A stretch of 64,000 bases of DNA from a virus (Duplodnaviria > Caudoviricetes): the IMG/VR virus record IMGVR_UViG_3300048881_000780; one strand, 5' to 3'. The notes beneath the pieces are model-generated. The model did not search any database. It saw only the letters and a list, made by a program, of their open reading frames with translations, and had not been told where the DNA came from. The translations under genes and the position numbers were made by a program. Shown here piece after piece: positions 20,275-30,879 of this stretch (the stretch's first letter is position 1; the number at the start of each line of letters is the position of its first letter).

Positions 20275-20311
20275 AAGATAGAATCACTCAACTAAAGTTT
20301 ATAATATAAGT

Positions 20312-23300
20312 ATGAAATATATATTAATATTAGTACTTATTTTAATCGCTTCATGTAGTAAGAAAGACCAAAAAGAAGTCGCTCTTTCGAATGTATCATA
20401 TGAGAAATTTTCTCTTAATGAAGATAGTATTAAACAATTCACTCTACCTGTTAGCGTAAATAACAATACTGCTAAAGTTAGTATTGTTAACTTTCCTTTA
20501 AATGGTGAACTTTCTTGTGATCAATTGGAATGTACATTTACTCCAAATGAAAATTATTATGGAGTTGATACTTTTACAGTATCAATTACAGATGAGGCAA
20601 ATAAAGAACAAATTAAAGAATATCGCTTAGAAGTTTTGCCAATAAATGATCCGCCAGAATCACAAGATATTTCTTTTAATATTCAAGAAGATAAAAATTT
20701 AACATTTGAATTAATTAAACTTGATCATGATACAAAGTTTGAAGACATTGAAATTGACTGGATTGATTCTCCTGATGGAGCTTTTGGAAGAATTCAGTGT
20801 CAAGATCATAATTGCGAATTGATTTTAAATGAAAACTATGATGAAAGCTTTACACTTAGGTATAAACTGAGTGATGGTGAGTTTGACTCTCAAGAGCATC
20901 AAGTATCTTTTAATATGCAACCTGTTAATGATGCTCCTAGTTTATCTGAAGATCTTAATGTTTTAGCAATTAAAGATACTGTTAGAAATTTTAATATTCC
21001 AAGCTTGGTAGATCCAGAAGGTGACGACGCTAACTGGTATATCTATAGCGCTCCCCGTAATGGAACTCTTGCATGTTCTGGGAACAATTGCAATTATGTT
21101 CCTAATCCTACATTCTCTGGTGATGATTTTTTTGTTATAGATCTAATTGATAATCTAGGGGCAAAAAAGAGACAAGTTATTGAGGTTTTTGTTGATAGTG
21201 GAAATGAGCCTCCAGTTGTACCATATTTTCAAAATATTTCGGCCATTGAAGATATTCCAATTAGGTTTGACATAGCAAGTGGAGCAGACCCAGAAGGATC
21301 ACTGCTAAATTACTATTTTTCAAGCTTATCAGATAACGGGAACGTAAGTTGTGATTTTTCGTCACTAAGTTGTCTATTCACACCTCATCAAGATTTTAAT
21401 GGTAGCACAACCTTTTCATATATAGTTAGAGATGACTTTGCCCAAGAGAGTGTTACCTCTGTAGTCCTCGATTTTGCTCCTGTTAACGATCCTCCTGAAT
21501 ACTCTGGAGATATTTCGTTTACATCGAACGAAGACGAAGATCTTATATTTAACTTACCAAGCTTTAGTGATGTCGATGGAGATAATATCAATATTGTACA
21601 ATCCAGTAATCCTAGTAATGGTATTTTGATTTGCGAAATATCAAATGGAGAAATTTGTACTTTTAGACCAAACTCAAATTTTTATGGACAAGACTCCTTT
21701 TCTCTCAATTATAGTGACGGGGCCTCTAGTCATTCCATTGAAATTAATTTTGATATCCAAAATGTTGTAGATACGCCTCGATTTGCAGATTTAAATATTT
21801 CGTTAACTACACTTGAAGATAATCAAAAGAGTTTTATTATTCCGGAAGCGACATCCCCTGAGAGTGAATCAATTTTATATTCAATATCAAGAGTACCTGT
21901 TAATGGTAATTTAATTTGCACGGAGCGGTCTTGTACTTACACCCCTAGTGAAAATTATAATGGCCCTGACAGTTTTGAAGTTTCTTCAGAAGTTTTAGGT
22001 ACTGTTGGAGATAAGATTAATTACGTGGTAAATGTTACTCCTGTAGAAGACGCCCCTTCTGTGATTGTTGAGTCAATAACAACAAATGAAGATGAAGTAT
22101 TGTCTTTTCGATTGCCTTTAGCAACAGAGCCAGATGGTGATGGATTAATATATGAATTAATTGGTAGTGTGTCTAATGGTGAAATTAGTTGTAATAATGA
22201 CCTACCACCAGGATGTCTTTACTCACCTGACGCAAACTTTAATGGAACCGATAAACTTAAATTTAAAGTCTCGGATACAAAGGGCCAGTACATTGTAGCT
22301 GAACAGGACATTGTCGTAACGCCAGTTAATGACCCTCCTTTACTTACTCAAGGAAATATTCAGGTTTTAAATGGTTTGGAAGATCAGGTTTTAGTTTTCA
22401 ATTTAAATCAAGGAATTGATGTTGATGGCGACTTATTAACTTGTTCTCATAATGGAGATAATCTCAATGGTGATTTAGTTTGTGATAATTGCGCTTGCGT
22501 CTACACTCCAGGTTCAAACTTCTTCGGAGAGGACTTTGTTACATATAAAGTAAGTGATGGAGTATTTGAAACGAGTTATGTTGTACAGAATATTAATATC
22601 GAGGAAGTAAATGATTTACCAGTCTACGATAATCTACTTGAAGTAAATGCTCTTAGAAATACTACTACTAACTTTCTACTTCCAAATGCTTTTGATGAAG
22701 ATGGCATTAATGATAGTCTAACTTATGAAATTGTAAAATATCCAAGCGAAGGATCTCTTGTTTGCACTCAGAGAAATTGCAACTATACAGCATTAATAAA
22801 TATCGGAACTTTTAATTTTGAATATAGAGTGTACGATAAAAGCGGTAGTGATGGAGGGATTGGTACAGGACAAATTAATGTAATTAGAGATAATAATGCA
22901 CCTGAATTAAAGCAAGTCGATCCAATATCACTAGTTGGCGCTGAAGATAATAATATCGACTTTCAATTTATTAAATCTTACGATCCTGATTTTGACCAAA
23001 CAACTACACTGATTGGAGAGGTGAATGCTCAATACGGACAAGTTGTTTGTGAGGCACTTGAGTCAAATAGATGTACATATATACCTAATGAGAATTTTAA
23101 TGGATCAGATTCGTTTACATTAAAATCATTCGATGGTGAACTTTATTCAGAAGAAGAGATTCAAGTTAGTGTTTTAATAACTCCAGTTAATGATGCCCCA
23201 GTTTTTAATTCTACTGATATTCAATACTGGATTAATGACAATACTAGAATTGAAGTTAGTATTCCAACAGCATTTGATGTGGATGGTGATAGTTTACAAT

Positions 23301-26300
23301 ATAAGCTTTTAAACCCTACAACTCTTGGAGTAATTGATTGTATAAACGAGAGTACTCTCGGTGACATTAGTAACTGTAATTATGACTCTTTTGTTAACTC
23401 TCATGGTGATGAAATCATGGAAGTCGTTGCTTTTGATGGAGAACTATACACTCAAGCACCAGTGACAGTTACAGTATCTATTACTGATGTTACCCCACCT
23501 GAATTACCTATCGTTTCCCCTAATAACTTTATTTTAGGTGAAAAGATAAATTTATTTGATCTACTTTTTGATATTAGTGATTGTAGTGATGGAGTTGAAG
23601 TCTTTTTCTCTGAGTCAATCGAGAGTCCTGAGTCTAGCAATCCGGGGTGGCATAATTGTACCCAAGTAGCCTCAAATCACGTATTTAATCCTAGGCTAAC
23701 TAATCAGCAGGGAAACAGAGAATTATACTTCTTTTTTAGAGACGTAAATGGAAATATAAATCCAACTCCAGTTATGAATAATTTCTTCTATGATTCAATA
23801 TTACCAGAGATTACATTTCTGGATATTAGAGAATTAAATAGTGGCGCGAAACATAAGATTAATATTAATCTAGATGAATTGAATGTAAATGAAGATTCGG
23901 ATATTAACTTACAGATATCTTACAATAATGGGATTAGTTGGGAAGACATAGCTTCTGTGAAGGTTGGAGATCGAACTGGGCTAACTTCATTTGATCATAC
24001 AATAGAGATTGATCTTCCTAACGCAGTACAGGCCCCTTTATCAGCACTCAAAGCTATTGTAGAAGATGAAGCTGGAAATCTTGCCGAAGTCGAATCGTTA
24101 AGGTTTGAAATATATCACGATACAACTATACCTGAAATCACAATTGATTCTTTTGAATACAATGAAGTTTTAGCGGGAGAATTTCCTAAGGAAATATTTC
24201 TAACTTTTCATGCTACAGATGATAGATCCGGCGTTTCTGGATATTGCTTAAAGAATACAAGTAATACTCCTCTCTTGACTGATAAATGTTGGTCGCTTCT
24301 AGATGAACCGATGAGAGATAAACTTATCAATAACCTAAGCTGGCCACTGAATTATGACTCTGGTGAAACAGAGTTATATCTATTTGTTAGAGACTACTCT
24401 GGAAATGTTTCTAATAATAGTGATCTCTTTATTGCTAGAGATTTAATTACTTTAGACTTTTTAAATTTATACCCAAGGGTAAGTTCAGGGAAAGAGCATT
24501 TCTGTAGAATAACTAATGAAAAGTTAAAGTGTTTTGGGAGAAATAACCTAAATCAAATTGGATTAGAGAGTTTATATGATGACTCTAGAGCTAATGAAAA
24601 TGAAATATATCAAGGTGTTTCCTTTAAATCTATTTCAAGCGCCGGGGATGGAAGTTGTGCTGTTTCCAATGATAATCAACTATATTGTTTTGGAGATAAT
24701 AACTTAGGTCAGCTTAATGGTAAGCCAGCTCAACCAACTATCATTCTTCCAAGCACTGGTCCATTGGCCCAAGAAATGAGAAGTGTCTACAAAGGAGTAA
24801 ATTCTACTATCTTCTTTGATGTTAATGATCAAGCATTCGCAATGGGGTATCAAGAGTTTGGCAACCTTGGACTATCTTCAGATATAAACCAACTAGATCG
24901 CATCACTATATCAGGTACTTTATCAGGACTTGGTATAATTGATTTATCTATCAATCAAGACTCTACTTGCTTTATCTCAAAAGATTTTCAAATTGGATGT
25001 ATGGGAAATAATTCAAATGGACAACTAGGTGTTATTTCAGCTCCGCTACTTTTTTCAGAACCATTTTCTGGTCTTGATTTAAAGTTTATTGATATTGAGT
25101 CCAATGGTAAGGATTCTTATTGTGCTATAACAACAGATAGAGATCTCTATTGTTGGGGGTCAAATGAAAATCAAGTTCTAGGTCTTGATGATCCGGCCAT
25201 AAAGATTGAGATTCCCGAGTTAGTTAGTGGAATCTCTCCTCAGAAAATGTCTATGAATGAAAGAATGTCATGTGTGATTCTAGATGATGATTCAACTCAT
25301 TGTTGGGGACTTAATTATTCAAATACAATTATTCCTTCTTATCATCATATGGACTCTCATAGGGATGCCAATGTGATCTCTTTAGCTGTTAATAATGATC
25401 AAACTTGTGGATCGGACAGAGATAATCACGATGTTATAAAGTGCTGGGGGAATCAATATCTAGATAATTTTAATTCAACTTTAGATGAAAGTAATATTTT
25501 TACATTACCTACAGCTAAATTTGAAAAGATTTTATCAAACTTTCCACATTCAGATATTACCGAAACAAGTCCCCTGCCTGGAAGTAAATATTCGGAATAT
25601 TCTTTTGATTTAGAAATTGAAACAGGTATTGATAACTTTGATGTAAATTGCTCTATATCTGGGACTACTGGAAATTGTAGTTATGATTCAAATACAAATA
25701 AGGTCACTTTTGAAACTGGGCCAGGTAATGGTGAGATAAAATTATCATATATAGATAATAGTAAACAAACTCTAGCTCAAGACGCTACCCTATCTTTTCA
25801 TGCCAAAGAAGCACCAAAGCTTTATTGTAGAACGTACGGTAATTTAATGTTTACAACATCTTCATCTAGATTCCCAGAGACGAATAGAACTGAATATCTA
25901 TTATCTAAAAGATCCGCTAATGGTAGTAATCACTTCATGTGGTACGCTCTTCCAGATATGAGTGGTTTTGTTTGGGGTGAAGTTTTCCAAAATAAAACAA
26001 CTCCTAGATACTTTAGTAATCCACCCGTTACTGGATACACGATGGATGGGTATAACTTCCCTCTTCTTGATTATAGTCACCCTTCGATGTCTAAGTACAA
26101 TAGAAACTTAAATCAAACCGATATGTGGGTTCAAAATAGTATCAAGAAGTTTAACAATGCTGATTCGATGTCGGCAGCGAAATGTAATGGTTCTGCAACA
26201 TCTGATAGATATGGGATAAATTACTGTGGTTCTGACTATAGTTTATTTGTAAAGTCAGAATATGATAATCGCAATAGAAGGTATGAACACTCGTTCTATG

Positions 26301-26500
26301 AATTTGAGTGGCAGAGTTTTTCACTGCAAGACACATATTGTTCATCTTCATGCCCAGCAACAACTCTGCATGTTGGAAGTATGCACCCACCGACATCAAC
26401 GGACTTCTTAATCTGCCACGGAGACTGGTGGACTAATGGATGTACTCAGATGTATCTAACGAGTGGTGGAGGATGTTTTACAAAATTTCTAGATTACTAG
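20312..26500 (+). CDS. Giant surface lipoprotein/adhesin: about 11 cadherin-like/tandem-95 Ig repeats, RCC1-like beta-propeller, Cys-rich tip
   Basis: Lipobox IASC; repeated ED...DxDGD...C-x3-6-CxYxP.NFNG.D...VND.P; repeated CFGxNxxGQLG/CWG. Confidence 0.9.
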   Translation: MKYILILVLILIASCSKKDQKEVALSNVSYEKFSLNEDSIKQFTLPVSVNNNTAKVSIVNFPLNGELSCDQLECTFTPNENYYGVDTFTVSITDEANKEQIKEYRLEVLPINDPPESQDISFNIQEDKNLTFELIKLDHDTKFEDIEIDWIDSPDGAFGRIQCQDHNCELILNENYDESFTLRYKLSDGEFDSQEHQVSFNMQPVNDAPSLSEDLNVLAIKDTVRNFNIPSLVDPEGDDANWYIYSAPRNGTLACSGNNCNYVPNPTFSGDDFFVIDLIDNLGAKKRQVIEVFVDSGNEPPVVPYFQNISAIEDIPIRFDIASGADPEGSLLNYYFSSLSDNGNVSCDFSSLSCLFTPHQDFNGSTTFSYIVRDDFAQESVTSVVLDFAPVNDPPEYSGDISFTSNEDEDLIFNLPSFSDVDGDNINIVQSSNPSNGILICEISNGEICTFRPNSNFYGQDSFSLNYSDGASSHSIEINFDIQNVVDTPRFADLNISLTTLEDNQKSFIIPEATSPESESILYSISRVPVNGNLICTERSCTYTPSENYNGPDSFEVSSEVLGTVGDKINYVVNVTPVEDAPSVIVESITTNEDEVLSFRLPLATEPDGDGLIYELIGSVSNGEISCNNDLPPGCLYSPDANFNGTDKLKFKVSDTKGQYIVAEQDIVVTPVNDPPLLTQGNIQVLNGLEDQVLVFNLNQGIDVDGDLLTCSHNGDNLNGDLVCDNCACVYTPGSNFFGEDFVTYKVSDGVFETSYVVQNINIEEVNDLPVYDNLLEVNALRNTTTNFLLPNAFDEDGINDSLTYEIVKYPSEGSLVCTQRNCNYTALINIGTFNFEYRVYDKSGSDGGIGTGQINVIRDNNAPELKQVDPISLVGAEDNNIDFQFIKSYDPDFDQTTTLIGEVNAQYGQVVCEALESNRCTYIPNENFNGSDSFTLKSFDGELYSEEEIQVSVLITPVNDAPVFNSTDIQYWINDNTRIEVSIPTAFDVDGDSLQYKLLNPTTLGVIDCINESTLGDISNCNYDSFVNSHGDEIMEVVAFDGELYTQAPVTVTVSITDVTPPELPIVSPNNFILGEKINLFDLLFDISDCSDGVEVFFSESIESPESSNPGWHNCTQVASNHVFNPRLTNQQGNRELYFFFRDVNGNINPTPVMNNFFYDSILPEITFLDIRELNSGAKHKININLDELNVNEDSDINLQISYNNGISWEDIASVKVGDRTGLTSFDHTIEIDLPNAVQAPLSALKAIVEDEAGNLAEVESLRFEIYHDTTIPEITIDSFEYNEVLAGEFPKEIFLTFHATDDRSGVSGYCLKNTSNTPLLTDKCWSLLDEPMRDKLINNLSWPLNYDSGETELYLFVRDYSGNVSNNSDLFIARDLITLDFLNLYPRVSSGKEHFCRITNEKLKCFGRNNLNQIGLESLYDDSRANENEIYQGVSFKSISSAGDGSCAVSNDNQLYCFGDNNLGQLNGKPAQPTIILPSTGPLAQEMRSVYKGVNSTIFFDVNDQAFAMGYQEFGNLGLSSDINQLDRITISGTLSGLGIIDLSINQDSTCFISKDFQIGCMGNNSNGQLGVISAPLLFSEPFSGLDLKFIDIESNGKDSYCAITTDRDLYCWGSNENQVLGLDDPAIKIEIPELVSGISPQKMSMNERMSCVILDDDSTHCWGLNYSNTIIPSYHHMDSHRDANVISLAVNNDQTCGSDRDNHDVIKCWGNQYLDNFNSTLDESNIFTLPTAKFEKILSNFPHSDITETSPLPGSKYSEYSFDLEIETGIDNFDVNCSISGTTGNCSYDSNTNKVTFETGPGNGEIKLSYIDNSKQTLAQDATLSFHAKEAPKLYCRTYGNLMFTTSSSRFPETNRTEYLLSKRSANGSNHFMWYALPDMSGFVWGEVFQNKTTPRYFSNPPVTGYTMDGYNFPLLDYSHPSMSKYNRNLNQTDMWVQNSIKKFNNADSMSAAKCNGSATSDRYGINYCGSDYSLFVKSEYDNRNRRYEHSFYEFEWQSFSLQDTYCSSSCPATTLHVGSMHPPTSTDFLICHGDWWTNGCTQMYLTSGGGCFTKFLDY

Positions 26501-27195
26501 ATATAACTCTCTTTAAGGGGAGTTATATTTTTAAGTGCGGCAAACGTGTACTTTGGAACTTCATTATTAACTAAAAAGAAGCCGTGAAAGTAGTTTGGTT
26601 CTTTTTGATAGTTATACATTGTTAAATATGCAGAAAATGACAATTTATCTAATTGGTAAATCTGTGACCACATTAATGATCCATACTTATCTTGAAATAG
26701 TGATTCGCTATCGCATGTACTATAGTTTTCGTAAGAGAGATCTCTCATTATACGTGGATTTAGAATCGTCTTTTTTTGAGAAAAATAACTTAGACCGCAA
26801 TTTGAGTTCTTTTTAATGCCTAATATATAGTCACCAATAATATCTTTATTGTTAATATGTTCTTTTAAGTTATGTAACTGACTTAAACTATCTTTTGAAT
26901 GTAGAGTCATGAATTTAGAGTTGTTTTCTGTAAACTGAAGCGGTCTTTTTTTATTCTGTAACTTACTTTCTAAGGATTCGTTTCTAAATAGTTCGCTAAT
27001 TGCTATATTAAAGCGATTTGAAAAGAAATATAGATGCTTAAGATTTGTTTCACCAATAGTGTCCTTTTCCATTTCTCTAACTAACCTACTAGAGACTCCT
27101 ATTAATTTTGCAAGTTGATCTTGAGTTAATCCAAGTTCTTTTCTAACTGCTCTAACGTTGGATGATAAATTTTTAAACAAACCTAATTTTCCCAT
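26497..27195 (-). CDS. XRE-family HTH transcriptional regulator
   Basis: VRAVRKELGLTQDQLAKLIGVSSRLVREMEK. Confidence 0.85.
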   Translation of the reverse strand: MGKLGLFKNLSSNVRAVRKELGLTQDQLAKLIGVSSRLVREMEKDTIGETNLKHLYFFSNRFNIAISELFRNESLESKLQNKKRPLQFTENNSKFMTLHSKDSLSQLHNLKEHINNKDIIGDYILGIKKNSNCGLSYFSQKKTILNPRIMRDLSYENYSTCDSESLFQDKYGSLMWSQIYQLDKLSFSAYLTMYNYQKEPNYFHGFFLVNNEVPKYTFAALKNITPLKESYI

Positions 27196-27197
27196 AT

Positions 27198-28811
27198 TTA
27201 ATTTAGCAGTAAGCTCGTTTGTGATTCGAGCTCTTTATTAAGAGCTCTCAAAGATAATGTTTTACTATTATTTTTAGACATCCTAGAAAATGCTATTCCA
27301 TTTAGAAATTCTTCTTTTGTGATATTTCTAAAAATTCTATCAACATCAATTTTCCTAACTGCCTCGCTAATCTCAGGTGCAGGGTCATCTTCAGATATTG
27401 GAGCAACCATTTTATCTGCTCTTGTCATTAACTCTTTATAGTATTTTGGATCGTCTTTTTCAAAAGTTGCAAAAAACTTCTTAAATATCTCTTCCATTTT
27501 ATCAGCTTCAAGCTTGTCTATTTCTTCCTGTCTCTTCTTTTTTTCTTTGGCCTTCTCGGATTCGAGCTCTTTGCATCTTCTAATATACCTTTCATCAGTG
27601 AAATATCTATAACCACTAGGCACTTCAAAGTCTCCATTTAGGACACTTTTTAATATTGATTTATAGAGCCCTTTTAGTCCTGTTACTTTATAGTTACAGT
27701 TAATTACTTGCCAGAGAGTTAAGTCAATTGCAAAAAGTACTGGAGAGATTTCATTCTTGTTGTAAGAGATCTTCTCTTTTTCATGTTTTTTATTCTCTCT
27801 TATGAAATTCTCTAGGTCCAAGCTGTTGAAATTAGCCGTCTTGAGCGCATCTGCTCCATATAAAAATTCTAATTTTTCAAAAAATGTAATGCTCTTTGGT
27901 GAATCTAGCAGAGTTTTTGTAAATGCAATTGATACTTGTAACTCTTTTGTTACATCATCCTTTATATATGAGAATGTAAAATTCCCTAACTTCTTTTGTA
28001 CAGCTGTAAGCCTTTTAGTTATCATCTCTCTTGTTCTGCTTTTATCAGTAACTCGCAAGAGTAATCTTAATTCTTCAGCAGGGAAAACGAAATCGTCACC
28101 ATAACAAGATCTTTTTGTTGCAATGTATTTATGTGTCCTTCTTTCTGGACCACTCTTAAGGGCCACGAAATCTTTTCGATCTACTTCAGAATAGAATTCT
28201 TCTCTAATGCTTTTGGCGATTGCGGGATGAATTTTAGCGTATTTAACATCTTTAAACTCTAAAACACCCTTATCGTTTCTAATGGCCCTTTGATACTTAC
28301 CTAAGAAGGTTAACATATCACCTTCACCTAGTTCACCGGCCAACTTATCAGATCCAATAGTTTTATATTCAAATTCTTTTACATTTATAGAGTGATTTCT
28401 AAGGGCCTTTATTGCTTTAGATACTTTATTTCTAGAACCCTCTTGTAATTCAAGTGAATCACATATTTCTAGTTCGCTATAAAAGACATCGTTTTCTTTT
28501 TCTGTTCCAAGTAGTTCTGGATATTTCATAATCTGTTCAGCGTAAAAAGTGCAAAGAACATTAAATACGTCATCTTCAAAAGCAAGGAGAGGTCCTACTT
28601 TTGATTGAGTTTCAATTCTGATAATTCTAATTGAACCCGCTTCGGTCACGGTTTGAGAACATGCCGTATATATGGTTCCAGGGACAAAGTCTTTTGGCTT
28701 TCTAAAATGAACAGGAGTCGCCATACCTAGATACTTATGTATTTTTAAATTATTAAAATACCCGTCAACACTTTTAATAATGTTGCCATTTGGCAAATTA
28801 TCTAAATCCAT
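27198..28811 (-). CDS. Putative plasmid replication initiator (winged-helix Rep)
   Basis: Adjacent to iteron array and par operon; FEDDVFNVL...FYSELEICDSLEL...KVSKAIKAL and later FPAEELRLLL are wHTH-like. Confidence 0.75.
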   Translation of the reverse strand: MDLDNLPNGNIIKSVDGYFNNLKIHKYLGMATPVHFRKPKDFVPGTIYTACSQTVTEAGSIRIIRIETQSKVGPLLAFEDDVFNVLCTFYAEQIMKYPELLGTEKENDVFYSELEICDSLELQEGSRNKVSKAIKALRNHSINVKEFEYKTIGSDKLAGELGEGDMLTFLGKYQRAIRNDKGVLEFKDVKYAKIHPAIAKSIREEFYSEVDRKDFVALKSGPERRTHKYIATKRSCYGDDFVFPAEELRLLLRVTDKSRTREMITKRLTAVQKKLGNFTFSYIKDDVTKELQVSIAFTKTLLDSPKSITFFEKLEFLYGADALKTANFNSLDLENFIRENKKHEKEKISYNKNEISPVLFAIDLTLWQVINCNYKVTGLKGLYKSILKSVLNGDFEVPSGYRYFTDERYIRRCKELESEKAKEKKKRQEEIDKLEADKMEEIFKKFFATFEKDDPKYYKELMTRADKMVAPISEDDPAPEISEAVRKIDVDRIFRNITKEEFLNGIAFSRMSKNNSKTLSLRALNKELESQTSLLLN

Positions 28812-28834
28812 AAAAAGTCCCTTTAAAATTTACA

Positions 28835-30133
28835 CACTAAAAGTATAAGTACAAACCTCTCACATTAAAAGTATAAAATTAAAAATAAAACTTCAAAAGT
28901 CTCTCTTTATATCTCCAACATTAAATGTATATTGATGTAGATATTAAACTTTAAAAGTACCTTCACAATATCTGAGTTCGGAGATTCACTTTATAAAAAT
29001 ATTTTTCCCATTAAAAGTACCAAACAATATTTTAATTCCCACTAAAAGTACCGTTATTCGTAGATATTTTCAATTAATCCCACTAAAAGTACCAAATACT
29101 AATGTGTCAAATTTCAAACATCTTAAAATCTGTTTTAAAAACTACTCATGATTAATATTTGGGTACTTTTAGTGTTTAATTCCTTTTAACATTTATCTTT
29201 TCTGGTACTTTTAATGGGAATCTCTCTAAATATTGGTACTTATAGTGTTTGAAATTTAAGTAACGGTACCTTTAGTGGTGCCAGGTACTTTTAATGTTAA
29301 CGGTGCGTTAAATCTGAGCTTTTTAATGTATTTTGGTACTTTTAACGCGGGGCCGTTACTTATAGTGTTTGAGAATCGGTACTTTTGGTGTTTCTCGGTA
29401 CTTTTAACGCATGGCCATACTTTCTAAGTATTTATTAATATTAAAAACACCCAGTATAAGTACCGCCTATAAATATATAAATAAATAATTATATATATTA
29501 TATCTTTTTTTATTTCTTATGATTAAGGTCTAAACTATCAATTAAAAATCTATTGAAGGATTAAGTAGAACCATTGGTACTTTTAATGGGAAGATTCTTA
29601 TATGTTGGTACTTTTAAAGTTAACTTGTTCTTTTAATGTGATCATGGTTTTTATGATGTGTAGTTATTGGTACTTTTAATGTGCTAAGTTTCTTTAGATG
29701 TACGTTATTTTTCACTAAGATATTAATTTTATATAAATACACATTAAAAGTACCGCGTATAAGTATATAAATATATATATCTTTATTTATATATGTAGAG
29801 AATAGAACACTAAAAGTACCGTAACAGGGACATTAAACACTATAAGTAACGAGATATTTTTTTGGTACTTTTGATGTTGAACCAATGTCGATACGAAATA
29901 TTAGTTGTATTCCTAATCGCTTTAAATCAATGGATAATAATTTATAATATAGCCATACAACCATTAAAAGTACCGACATTGGTTAAAACCACTCTAGTAC
30001 ACTTTTAAATATAATGTCACGTATAAGCTTAGATCTTAGCTTTAAATTAAACTGGGGCCATTTTCGAGGCCCTCACAATAGACTATAGATTTGATCAAAC
30101 GAAAGTAATTGAGGCCCACACATTAAAAGTACC
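28835..30133. repeat. Replication origin: about 25 dispersed iterons, consensus CAYTAAAAGTACC, both orientations, with two AT-rich tracts
   Basis: Examples at about 29009, 29040, 29081, 29742, 29808, 29962, 30121 (+) and 29162, 29204, 29284, 29335, 29397, 29576, 29669 (-); AT tracts near 29468-29520 and 29757-29795. Confidence 0.9.
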
Positions 30134-30154
30134 GTTTAGGTCTCTTTCTTGAGA

Positions 30155-30214
30155 TATATCAACCGAGAGACTCATATGGATTCGTATAATTTCGAGTCTC
30201 TCAGCGTTGATATA
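30155..30214. other. Imperfect inverted repeat between origin and par operon
   Basis: TATATCAAC-C-GAGAGACTC ... GAGTCTCTC-AGC-GTTGATATA. Confidence 0.6.
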
Positions 30215-30296
30215 AGAATATAGTTACATAACTTAAAATCTGAAACAAGTTGGGAACTATTTAGCTAATTCGTAGAACCAAATGGCCTGGTTCTAC

Positions 30297-30878
30297 CTAG
30301 AGTTCAATAAATATCTTACTTAGAACATCCTCTATATCTTCCTCATAATCGTAATCGTAATAATCAATATGATCCATTCTCGCAAGAAAATGTCTTATTA
30401 ACCCTCTGACGATTACTGATTTTGTTATTGGATCCCTTTCTTTAAGTGGGACTGTGGTATTGGCCTTTGATTCGTCATTTGCTCTTTTAACTTCGTCTTC
30501 TAGGGTGTTTAAATATTCTGAAAGCTCTCTTATTTCAAACCTTTTAACATCGCTATCTTTAAGCCATTCAATCTTTTCAAACCTCCTGGCTTTCTTTGGA
30601 GTTACGTTAACTTCTTTCTTTAATTTTGAATTTTCTTTTTGAAGCTCTTCGGCCTGCATTTTTAGTTTTTCAATTTCCTTTTGCTTCTCTTCTAATTCTT
30701 TATTCGTTACGTCTGGTGTTGGACTTGGCTGATGATCTATTTCAGTGTCACTTGAAGCTTCTATTTGATTTTCATCACTCTCGTCAATCTGTGGATCTAC
30801 TCCAATAGGTGTAAATCCTTTAAAAGCAGATGAAACATTTCCATTCTTTGAGTCTCTCTGTGCGAATCCATTTGCCAT
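30297..30878 (-). CDS. Putative centromere-binding partition adaptor (type Ib-like)
   Basis: 1 nt downstream of parA; disordered N-terminus, coiled coil, C-terminal ITKSVIVRGLIRHFL helix; no ParB Arg patch. Confidence 0.65.
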   Translation of the reverse strand: MANGFAQRDSKNGNVSSAFKGFTPIGVDPQIDESDENQIEASSDTEIDHQPSPTPDVTNKELEEKQKEIEKLKMQAEELQKENSKLKKEVNVTPKKARRFEKIEWLKDSDVKRFEIRELSEYLNTLEDEVKRANDESKANTTVPLKERDPITKSVIVRGLIRHFLARMDHIDYYDYDYEEDIEDVLSKIFIEL

Positions 30879-30879
30879 A

